From Macrostomum lignano (Eukaryota): a DNA stretch of 64,000 nucleotides. The stretch's first letter is position 1. Each line of letters begins with the position of its first letter. The notes below the pieces were generated by a model. It was not told the DNA's origin and made no database searches. It worked only from the letters and a program-made list of their open reading frames with translations. The position numbers and the translations under genes are program-made. This document shows positions 1-10,800 of this stretch, piece by piece. The stretch spans positions 1 to 64,000 of the forward strand of contig NIVC01003195.1 of NCBI GenBank assembly GCA_002269645.1, written 5' to 3'.

Positions 1-210
1 TAGAAGAATCCCAACTTCAGTGCTTAGAGAATCCCAACTTCAGTGCTTAGAATCCCAACTTCAGTGCTTAGAATCCCAACTGCAGTGCTTAGAATCCCAA
101 CTTTAGTGCTTAGAAGAATCCTAACTGCAGTGCTTAGAAGAATCCCAACTTCAGTGCTTAGAATCCCAACTTCAGTGCTTAGAATCCCAACTGCAGTGCT
201 TAGAATCCCA
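1..210. repeat. Tandem minisatellite, 21/24-bp unit (AGAATCCCAACTTCAGTGCTT), running off the window start
   Basis: About 9 direct copies visible; explains ORF 43..231. Confidence 0.95.
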
Positions 211-1154
211 AATTCAAATCCCTACTTATAGAGAACCGCCCAAGTTAACTGAAGCGTTTTTTGTTTTTTATCCCCATCTGTGCCGTCTTCATATTTACGC
301 TCGTAGTCTCAGCGGTTAGCGCAACAATATGCAACTTAGCACGTTTGCTTACGTGTGTTTCATTTATTGATCTCCCTATCCCAGTGCAGCAAGCGCGTAG
401 GTCTTTGTTATTGCTTGGAACCAAGACTCAGAGAGCTGGCAGAGCTTCATTAACTATGCTTGTTTTCGTTTGTCTGCGCTAATGTAGCTTATATTTAGTT
501 ATTATTATATATTATATAATACTGACATGCGTTTACTCTTACAGTTTGTTGTTTCATTTTTGCCTGCTTGTTTATCTAATGGTGTTCTGTCCCATATTGT
601 TTCCGCTTTGAATTGGCCAGCCTAGTAATTCGATGAGAGCTCTGTGTATAATCTTGGCCTCAATCATTAACTATTCTGAAGTTTCACAATCCGCTTCTTC
701 AACTGATTTTCGAAATCTCTTTAATTAGAGATTCTCAGCGTGACTTGGTTAAATCTGTTTTATAGTCCTAGCCGATCTCAACTAAGCATTCACCCGGCTG
801 TTCGAAGTTTAAGGACGGGCGAAATAAATCAAAATTGTTGTTTGTTTCTTTGTTCGCTTGATCGGTTTATTTATCTAGCTTGTACAAATGCATCGAATGG
901 GATTGCATTGTTGTTGTTATTATATCGATTTGTCTTTTATTGTTTTTTTAGTTCTGTGCGTGTGTATCCGTCTGTACAGCCATTTTATTTATATCGAATT
1001 TTCCTTGTCGAAAATTTTGCAATCTTGCTGCGGTGTTGCATCGACTGCACGGGTGTCAAGGAGAGCGGGCAGGTCCACCATGTAGGCAATTAGATTGGAC
1101 TTTAGCACCTTACTTGGACTTTTGAACCTTAGCACAGTCAGACTTCTATAAGAA

Positions 1155-1425
1155 GGGGATGTAGCCCAGTGGTTAGAGCGTCGGAGTCGCGACTGAAAGG
1201 TCGGGGGTTCGATTCTCGACCCAATCGGTACAATTTGTGTCCTTGAGAAAGACATTAAACTCTTTGCATTGCTTCAGTTCACCCAGCTGTGAAATGGGTG
1301 CCAGCATTAGCTGGGGTAATTGAGGATGTGTGGCGACCCCCCAGTCCTTGGACTGAACAGCCGTACGCAGCCTTCAGATGCGCCGCGCAATAGCTGCGGC
1401 TGAGCTGTCGGTTGCACATCTAGCC
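1155..1425 (+). mobile_element. tRNA-derived SINE, copy 1
   Basis: A box TAGCCCAGTGG (1162), B box GGTTCGATTC (1206), then a CORE-like segment (TGTGTCCTTGAG...CTTCAGTTCACCCAGCTGTGAAATGGG). A highly similar copy lies at 23985-24255. Confidence 0.85.
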
Positions 1426-1475
1426 ATCAAGCACAACTCGAGTAGAAGGGCGGGGAACTACTTTTATTAGAAATA

Positions 1476-1860
1476 GAGGCTGGTTTTTTACCGAAAAATA
1501 CACTACGGAGATAGGGACTATTTATCTATTTTATCCTTCTTATCTCATTGTGTGACAATATGTGTAACAGAAATGATAAAATCTGTGAAATGATTATATT
1601 CATAAAACTAAAGAGCCAAGTTGTGCCATGCATTTTTTATGATTTAGGTACAGGGAATGTGTGTCGAATGAAAATTTAACATAGAATCCTAATTTTCTAA
1701 ACGAAAAGCTTCCTGAATATCGATAGAGCAATAAGAAAGGCACAACATATCAAAAGATGAACATTGGATTTGCCTCCTATTGAAAGCAATAACAATTTTT
1801 GTGCTGAAAATTTGAAGACTTCCTATCTCCGTAGTGTATTTTTCGGCGAAAACCAGCCTC
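1476..1860. mobile_element. MITE-like element or dispersed repeat with ~41-bp inverted ends
   Basis: GAGGCTGGTTTTTTACCGAAAAATACACTACGGAGATAGG (1476-1517) is the near reverse complement of 1820-1860. Segment 1690-1848 recurs inverted at 20719-20877. No TSD seen. Confidence 0.45.
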
Positions 1861-2811
1861 CTTAACTTTTTCTGAGAAACGTAGTTTCCCATTCCCATCC
1901 TTCTCCTTGCTGCCTATTAGGGAAGTTGTAATCAATTATTATTAGATATTAGACTTCTCTAAATATGTAAAATTGTACCAATAGGCTTGTTCATGTTTTC
2001 TAAACGGAAAAATCAGGGTTTGACAATAGCTTAGTAAAATCCTATTTGCTATGTAAAATAAGCCTAGCCCCTAGCACACTCCTAAACAGTTGTACATTAT
2101 TGGCCACATTGTGTATGTGTTTTGTATTGTCTGTCTGTCTGTCTATCTCTCTCTTGTTTGTGTTTTATATCGCGCTTTGCAATCAATATCGCTTCTGCTT
2201 ACGTATGTTTACCATGGTATTTTTCAAATAACCGCTGTTACACTATGAATTTCTATATTGCTTTACTTATTATTACTATATCTGTGTTTTATTAACCTTG
2301 GGCCACGTGACTGCATAACATAGAGATTGTCACATAAACCTGCTTTAAATACAAGGGTATCTGTACTAGTACAGTGTAGTTATTTGATTGCTTAAGATAA
2401 ATATAACCTTTCAAACCCTCTGCACCTGTCTCCCAGTGTAGTTATTAGTTAATCTCCTGCCATAGAAATTAATCTATGAAAGCCTAAAACGTAACGATAA
2501 TGTGCTCGGCATGGTCAACTCTCAAATTAAAAATATACTTGTGCATATACCTATCATATATATATATAAAAGACAAAAACTGCTGCATCAACTAGTCACA
2601 AAGTTAACGAGTGAAAAACAGTAGCGAAACGAAGGCTTGTTTCTTTGTTAAATTAGTCTTTTTCATTTGGAAAATTGTTGTATTTATGTTAATATTACTG
2701 ATGGAATTAGATTTTAGCCATAGTAGTATTGCATTCTGCGGAACAAATAAATTGCTAGATTTTGATGCAATTGTGTCGCTTTGTCAGCTTAAGAGTCTAA
2801 CTTCAGCCTGT

Positions 2812-3738
2812 AAAATCCCCTGCAACCTTTAGAATCTCCCTGCAACCTTGATAATCTCCTTGCAACCGTTAGAATCTCCTGCAACCTGATAATCTCCTTG
2901 CAACCGTTAGAATCTCCTTAACCTTGAGAATCTCCTTGCAACCTTGAAAATCTCCTGCAACCTTGAAATCTCCCTGCAACCTTGAGAACCTCCCTGCAAC
3001 CTTGAGAATCTTCCTTCAACCTTGAAATTCCTTGCAACCTTTAGAATCTCCCTGCAACCTTGAGAATTTCCTTGCAACCTATAGAATCTCCCTGCAAACT
3101 TGAGAATCTTCCTTCAACCTTGAAAATTTCCTTGCAACCTTTAGAATCTCCCTGCAACCTTGAGAATCTCCCTGCAACCTTGAGAATCTCCATGCAACCT
3201 TGAGAATCTCCCTGCAACCTTGAGAATCTCCCTGCAACCTTGAGAATCTTTCTTCAACCTTGAGAATCTCCTTGCAACCTATAGAATCTCCCTGCAAACT
3301 TGAGAATCTCCCTTTAACCTTGAGAATCTCCTTGCAACCTTTAGAATCTCCCTGCAACCTTGAGAATCTCCTTGCAACCTTGAGAATCTCCCTGCAAACT
3401 TGAGAATCTCCCTTTAACCTTTAGAATCTCCCTGCAAACTTGAGAATCTCCCTTTAACCTTGAGAATCTCCTTGCAACCTTGAGAATCTCCCTGCAACCT
3501 TTAGAATCTCCCTGCAAACTTGAGAATCTCCCTTTAACCTTTAGAATCTCCCTGCAAACTTGAGAATCTCCCTTTAACCTTGAGAATCTCCTTGCAACCT
3601 TGAGAATCTCCCTGCAACCTTTAGAATCTCCCTTTAACCTTGAGAATCTCCTGCAACCTTGAGAATCTCCCTGCAACCTTTAGAATCTCCTTGCAACCTT
3701 GAGAATCTCCTGCAACCTTGAGAATGTCCTTCCAACCT
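2812..3738. repeat. Tandem minisatellite, ~20-bp unit (CAACCTTGAGAATCTCCCTG)
   Basis: More than 40 direct copies, degenerate at both ends. Confidence 0.95.
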
Positions 3739-3857
3739 CGATTAATCAAACGCATTGAAGAATCCCTTATCCATGTGTATATAATTCTCTATATTACTCG
3801 TATGTACGTGTACGCGGTTGCAGCGCTACCCCTGTTGAGCTCTGCTCCAGCGGAACG

Positions 3858-6560
3858 ATGAAGCGACAAAGAGAGTCTTGTCACCTGCGCAAGCTGGCCA
3901 AGTACACTCGGTCAGGTCGATTCCGGCGTGTCTCCAAGCGTCTGGATAAGATGAAGCGGTCAGCCTCCGACAACGTGCCAGATTATCGGGATGAAGATGG
4001 GCGAAGTCTCCTGCATCTGGCCGCTGCTGAGGGCCACGGCGGGTTAATTAGGTGCGAATTTCGAGATTAGTCGGAAATGAGATATTAAGGAACCGCAAAC
4101 AATTTATTAAGTTAGTCAATAAACTGGGTTATATGGTTCACAAGAGTCAAATGCGGTGGGTCAGAGAAGATGAGTCAACTACTGTGGGTCAGAGAAGATG
4201 ACTCACATACTGCGGGTCAGAGAAGATGAGTCAGCTACTGTGGGTCAGAGAAGAGAGATGATTTACATACTGTGGGTCAGAGAAGATGACTCACATACTG
4301 CGGGTCAGAGAAGATGAGTCAGCTACTGTGGGTCAGAGAAGAGAGATGATTTACATACTGTGGGTCAGAGAAGATGACTCACATACTGCGGGTCAGAGAA
4401 GATGAGTCAGCTACTGTGGGTCAGAGAAGATGATTCGGCTACTGTGGGTCAGAGAAGATGATTCAGCTACTGTGGGTCAGAGAAGATGAGTCAGCTACTG
4501 TGGGTCAGAGAAGATGATTCGGCTACTGTGGGTCAGAGAAGATGATTCAGCTACTGTGGGTCAGAGAAGATGAGTCAGCTGCTGTGGGTCAGAGAAGATG
4601 ATTCAGCTACTTTGGGTCAGAGAACATAGAAATGAGTCACATACTGTAAGTCGGAGAAGATGGAGATGAGTCACATACTATGGGTCAGAGAAGATAGATG
4701 AGTCAGATTTTATGGGTCAGAGAAGACAGATGAGTCACATACTGTGGGTCAGAGAAGACAGATGAGTCACATACTGTGGGTCAGAGAAGACAGATGAGTC
4801 ACATACTGTGGGTCAGAGAAGACAGATGAGTCAGATTTTATGGGTCAGAGAAGACAGATGAGTTAGATACTGTGAATCAGAAGAGAGCGATGAGTCAGAA
4901 ATGACAGCTTACATGATCAAAAAACCTGAGTGTCCTTCACTTGACGAAGCAATTTCTATTGCCCCTCTTAGAACCTTTTCGGAGCTTGGCTGCAGCTTGG
5001 AGGCCAAAGACGTTCACGGAAACACGCCGGTCCACCTGATACTGTACCACTGCCTGCAGACGGGCAAGTCTCCTGTCAGTGAGTTCTGCTGTCACTTTCT
5101 TCTGAGTTGGACTCTAATCTATAGTCTCTGCTTCTAGCTACTCTAATCTAGTCTCTGGCATCTAGCTACTCTAATCTAGTCTCTGGCATCTAGCTACTCT
5201 AATCTAGTCTCTGGCATCTAGCGACTCTAATCTAGTCTCTGGCTTCTAGCTACTCTAATCTAGCAACTATAATCTAGTCTCTGGCATCTAGCTACTCTAA
5301 TCTAGTCTCTGGCATCTAGCGACTCTAATCTAGTCTCTGGCATCTAGCTACTCTAATCTAGTCTCTGGCATCTAGCTACTCTAATCTAGTCTCTGGCATC
5401 TAGCGACTCTAATCTAGTCTCTGGCATCTAGCTACTCTAATCTAGTCTCTGGCATCTAGCGACTCTAATCTAGTCTCTGGCATCTAGCTACTCTAATCTA
5501 GTCTCTGGCATCCAGCGACTCTAATCTAGTCTCTGGCATTTAGCTACTCTAATCTAGTATCTGGCATCTAGCGACTCTAATCTAGTCTCTGGCATCTAGC
5601 GACTCTAATCTAGTCTCTGGCATCTAGCTATTAAAATCTAGTCTCTGATATCTTGCCACTCTAATCTAATCTCTGATATCTTGCCAGTCTAGACACTAAC
5701 TGGCCCACCAAACAGCTTGCTAACCAACTCCCTCCCCGAGCAGTCGCGGACCGGCTGCTCTCCGACCTGCTGGGCTGCCAGCGCCCCGGCCGGCGGGCTG
5801 AGCTGCTCCGGCTCTGCAACTCTGCCGGCGTCTCCTGCCAGCGTCTGCTCGACCGTCTGGCCGACCAGGAGGCGGCAACTTCGGCCGCCGCGGACGCCGC
5901 GCTGACGGCCGACATCGACGAGCGCGACGCCGACAACAGCGAAACAATCATCTGGCAGCGTCGACTGGCCGACGCCGCCGCCGACGACGCTGACGATGAC
6001 AACGATGGCGCCGGATTCTTCCAAGACGAAGGGGAGGCATTTTGGACTTTCGAAACTCTGGACGATTGGTTCGATAGGATCGGCCGCGAGTACGCCGAGC
6101 GTCGGCAGCGTCAGCGGCAGCAGCGTGCGGCTGCGGCAGAGCTTCCGGAGCAGCCGCCACCTCGGCAGCAGCGACAGTGCAAACAGTTGAAACTGGCCGA
6201 CACGCCATCGGCCGCCCCCGAATGCGAGGCCTACCTGCGTTACAAGGACTCCTATTTGGCATTCTTCCAATCCAAATCCGTTATTGACAGCGTCGACGAA
6301 GTGCCCTGGCCGCCGTTTTTGATCGACTCTGCCGTTGGGCCGGAGGCCGCACTGCGATGGCTTCGGCTGGCTGTGGGGGCGACGCCGAAGGCTTGGTGAC
6401 GGAGCTTCGGCAGCTGCGGGTGCTGTGGCATCCGGACAAGTTTATGCAGAAGTTCGGCGACCGCCTGCCAGCCGGCCGGCCCGTGCGAGAGGCCGTGCTG
6501 AGGCGCGTCACCCTGGCCAGCCAGCTGGCTAACGGGGCAGCGGCCCTGCTGGCCGGTTGA
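3858..6560 (+). CDS. NFKBIL1: NF-kappa-B inhibitor-like protein 1 homologue (ankyrin repeats + C-terminal WHPDKF domain); 3 exons, apparent 1-nt frameshift
   Basis: Exons 3858-4051, 4972-5078, 5693-6560 with GT-AG sites and matching phases. Ankyrin motifs DEDGRSLLHLAA and KDVHGNTPVHL; then WQRRLAD, TLDDWFDRIGREY, EVPWP and LRVLWHPDKFMQKF...VTLASQLAN, which parallel my recollection of human NFKBIL1 (SAWSDRLAREH, DVPWP, VRWHPDRFLQRF...VTALSQALN). One G missing in the run at 6375-6379 shifts the frame. Confidence 0.8.
4155..4900. repeat. Intronic minisatellite, ~28-bp unit (CTACTGTGGGTCAGAGAAGATGATTCAG)
   Basis: Fills intron 1 of the NFKBIL1-like gene. Confidence 0.95.
5110..5690. repeat. Intronic minisatellite, 28-bp unit (CTACTCTAATCTAGTCTCTGGCATCTAG)
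   Basis: About 19 copies filling intron 2 up to the acceptor. Confidence 0.95.
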
Positions 6561-6639
6561 GCCATTCGGCCATAGCCTTCTAGACCTGCTGCAATCTGAA
6601 TCTCCTGGGATCTAGCATCGTGAAATCTCCTTTCAATAG

Positions 6640-7255
6640 TCCCCTCTTCAACCTGGGGAATCTCTGCAACCTGGGGAATCTCCCTCTTCAACCCGGGGAA
6701 TCTCCCTCTCCAACCTGGAGAATCTCCCTCTCCAACCTGGGAATCTCCCTCTTCAACCTGGGGAATCTCCCTCTCCAACCTGGGGAATCTCCCTCTTCAA
6801 CCTGGGGAATCTACCTCTCCAACCTGGGGAATATCCCTCTTCAACCTGGGGAATATCCTTCTGCAACCTGGGGAATCTCCTGCAACCTGGGGAATCTCCC
6901 TCTGCAACCTGGGGAATCTCCTGCAACCTGGGGAATCTCCTTCTGCAACCTGGGGAATCTCCTGCAACCTGGGGAATCTCCTGAAACCTGGGGAATCTCC
7001 CTCTGCAACCTGGGGAATCTCCCTCTGCAACCTGGGGAATCTCCCTCTGCAACCTGGGGAATATCCTTCTGCAACCTGGGGAATCTCCCTCTGCAACCTG
7101 GGGAATCTCCTGCAACCTGGGGAATCTCCTGAAACCGGGGGAATCTCCCTCTGCAACCTGGGGAATCCGAATCTCCCTCTTCAACCTGGGGAATCTCCCT
7201 CTGCAACCTGGGGAATCTCCTTCTGCAACCTGGGGAATCTCCCTATTGAACCTGG
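6640..7255. repeat. Tandem minisatellite, 19-22-bp unit (CAACCTGGGGAATCTCCCTCTG)
   Basis: About 30 copies directly 3' of the NFKBIL1-like stop; related in sequence to the 2812-3738 array. Confidence 0.95.
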
Positions 7256-7702
7256 AAGATCCCGTGGAGAATACTTCGAGAATAACCTGGCGTATTCAAC
7301 TCCAGCTACCTTTTAATTCAACATCCCGTGATCGGGCATCCGTGCTACTAGCATTTACAGGCTGACAAGTATGTTGTCTGACAGGGATTAGCATTTAAAA
7401 TAAACCAGTTTCGAATTGCCAAAGTTACATGTTTATTGGTACATGTAAATAGTTAATTGTATTTTTCATTAATTGGTTTAGCTTTTTTAGTTTTTAGTTT
7501 AGTTTAGTTTATTATTAGTTTTTTTATAACTGATGGATCTGGTGAAAAATAATACATTGGAGAGATCGATCTATAACTTTGCTTGCAGTCTCCAGTTTGT
7601 TAAATTAATCAAGGTATTTAAAAGTGCGCCGACACAGGCCTTGGTTCGATTCCGCGAGCGGCCACTTTCATTCGGGGCTTGTGCATGAAAATTGGTCGGG
7701 GG

Positions 7703-7841
7703 TGTTGTGTGTTTGCATGTATTAGGAGTATTTGCGCTTGGCGAGACTGGGCGCAGCCACACCCCTTTACAAGTATATTTGAGTTTGTTCATAAACAATC
7801 ATGTATGCATGAATAAGAAACTAAAGCGGCTGGCTACCACA
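7703..7841 (-). repeat. 3' LTR (139 bp, TG...CA)
   Basis: TGTTG...ACCACA, adjacent to the PPT; homologous to 12640-12720. Confidence 0.85.
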
Positions 7842-7854
7842 TCCCCTTTTTTTC
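7842..7854 (-). other. Polypurine tract GAAAAAAAGGGGA
   Basis: Directly precedes the 3' LTR on the minus strand. Confidence 0.8.
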
Positions 7855-10800
7855 AAAGGAACATTGTACGCGAATTGCATATTTTGTCCATAAACAAAAA
7901 AAATTCGTCATTAAACAGCTTGATGGAATCTCGTCTGTTTGACAGTACGACCCGACCCGATCGTGTCACATATGGCGCATTTGTGTCAGCATTGGTCGTT
8001 TGTCGGTTAGCATCTTCAGCAGGATTGCTTGTTGTTTGATGCTCATGAATTGGCTGAATTCTGGATGATGCAGTTGAATCTTTCAGATGACTCTCTGAGA
8101 TATCTACTGGTCGCTGTAGCGCTAGATGTTTCGGTATTGCAGACAGTCTGGAGTTCGCAACTCTGGGTGCTATGAATCGTCGGTTCTTCCTGTAGCCTTT
8201 ACCATCAGCAGTTTGCACTTGGTACGATCGTTCTGGATCCGTATGATCCTGCGATTTAATTTCTGCTGGAATCCACTGTCTCTTGTCCTCGTACAACCAG
8301 ACTTGCTCTCCAGTCTCCAGTGGTTTCAAATCCCAGCTGTACTGTTGTAGCGAATCGCGTCCTTCCTTCGCATGGCGTTCAGTGTTTCCAAATCATTCCT
8401 CGTCCATGTTCGTTTTGGTATCAATTCCATTATTGGTACAGGTAGTTCGTACCTCAATTTCCTTCCCATCAGTAGCTCTGCTGGAGACGGTAACCCACCG
8501 CTTCCGGACATTTGCCCTCCGGCACTTCCCCTCCGGCACTTCCCCTCCGGCACTTGCCCTCCGGCACTTCCCCTCGGCGGCGTTTGCCCTCCGGACATTT
8601 GCCCTCCGGGACATTTCCCCTCCGGACATTTGCCCTCCGGACATTTCCCCTCGGGGACATTTGCCCTCGGGGACATTTGCCCTCCGGACATTTGCCCTCC
8701 GGACATTTCCCCTCCGCACATTTGCCCTCTGCAAATTTACCCCCTCGCACATTACTCACCTCACCTCCTCCTGTACCCACCCGTCGTTCCTCCAGCACCA
8801 ACCTCATCCTCCCGCCTCTTGCATCCATCAGGTTCTTCTCCAGCCAACAACTCATCCTTTTCTAGTAAGCAATATATACCCGCGCCCTACCCTATCCCCA
8901 GCCTTACCTGTACTTTTCCAGAGGGGAAATGTCCGGAGGGCAAATGTCCGGAGGGGAAATGTCCCCGAGGGCAAATGTCCTCGAGGGCAAATGTCCGGAG
9001 GGGAAATGCCGGAGGGCAAATGTCCGGAGGGCAAATGCCGGAGGGCAAATGTCCGGTAGCCGTAACCCACGCTCAATCGGAGTATTACGGTAGTGAAGCA
9101 TTGCTTTTTCAAAGTCTTCATTCTTTCCCAAGAAGCATTTCACTGTTTGCACAGCTCGCTCCGCTAATCCATTGGACTGCGGATATCTTGGTGATGATGT
9201 TACAAGTGCTATCCCGCTTGATCTAGCATATAATTGGAATGCGTTGGACGAGAATGGTGGTCCGTTGTCGCATCGCAACTTCTCAGGTGTTCCGAATGTG
9301 GACAAATATTTCTTTAATTGCAGGATAACAAACTCAGCTGTATTAATTGTAATCGATCTTATGGATCTGCACAAATCCATCGGCTGTATCTGTCCACTAC
9401 AACTATGAATTTTCGATCTTTAAAATCGAACAGGTCAGTCGCGCACTCTTGAAATGGATAATCAGGATGCGGACTTTGAATGATTGTTTCTGTGGTCGGG
9501 ATTGGCTGCTTTGGCAGGCATCGCATGCTGCTGTGTAGTTCTGAATGTCCCGACGCATCTGAGGCCAGTATCCGATCCTCTTGCTTTTAGAAGTATTTTT
9601 TCAATGCATTGATGTCCTTCATGAATGATGTTCAAGAATTCGTGGCGCATGGTCCGTGGTTTAAATATCTTCCTGCTTTTCATAATTAATCTGTCGTGCT
9701 CGGCTAAATCGTGACGAGCATTCCAGAAAGGCTTTAGTTGTTCTGGCAATTGGTTTCTGAGTTCCGGCCAATCCTCGCGAATGCGATTCTTGATCGCATG
9801 GCAAGTTGAATCTGCATATGTGTGTTCCTGGATGTTCTTGAGTAGGTCTTCCGGTAGACAAACCTTTTGGATACCCAAGATTTGATTCTCAAGCTCAGAG
9901 TCTATGTCACTCGCCGAATGCACGGATTGCAAGAAAGCACGGCTTAATGTATCAGCCAAATAAAGATATCTTCCCGGTTTGTATTGCACGTATAAGTCGA
10001 ATTCTTGGATCTTGAGTATCAGACGTTGTATTCTAGCCGATAGTTCATCCATTGGCTTCTTCATAATATACTGCAGCGGTTTGTGGTCAGTCGACGGAGA
10101 CTTTACGTCCCCAGAGATACTGTCTGAACCTTCGACAGCCAAATACTATCGCAAGCATTTCCTTCTCTATCTGGGCATATTTCTTTTGAGCGGATGTTAG
10201 AGCTGATGATGCATACTCAATGACATGTCCTTCCTGCAATAGTGCTGCTCCCAAGCCATCTTTGCTGGCGTCGACAGATAAAACTAGGTCTTTATTCGGG
10301 TCAAATGGCGCAAGCACAGGTGCTTCGCAGAGGCACTGCTTGATTCCTTGATACGCCTTTTCTTGGTCGTTGGTCCACACCCATTCGGATTATTTCATCA
10401 TGAGTTCTCTCAAAGGACTTGTCAGTGCAGAAAAGTTTGCTATGAATTTTGACAAGTAAATTGCACTACCAATAAACCGTTAGAGCTGCGCTTGCTTCTC
10501 AGCACGCTGTTCGAAACTGTTTGGGTGCGGCATTTCTTTGATGCTGTTTACTTTTTGTGGATCTACTTTCACACCTTTGTCAGTTAGTATGTGTCCAAGA
10601 AATCGAAGCTCGGTTTTGCCAATGCTCGTCTTTTGCCTGTTCAGAGTCAGGTTCTTTTTTCTGCATTGCTCCAAAAAGATTTCGAACTGCTTGGTTGTGC
10701 TCTTCCCGAGTCTTTCCCCATACTATGATGTCATCGATGTAGTTAGCAGATTTTTCTACCTGACTTGTCACTTCTATCTTTGATGTGCCTTTGGTAAGCT

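Noticed and set aside
1155-1230. tRNA genes at 1155 and 23985
   Set aside because: A and B boxes are present, but both continue into a shared ~200-bp body and I could not fold a convincing cloverleaf; treated as SINE heads.
6370-6400. Programmed -1 ribosomal frameshift in the NFKBIL1-like gene
   Set aside because: No canonical X_XXY_YYZ slippery heptamer; a homopolymer indel is the simpler explanation.
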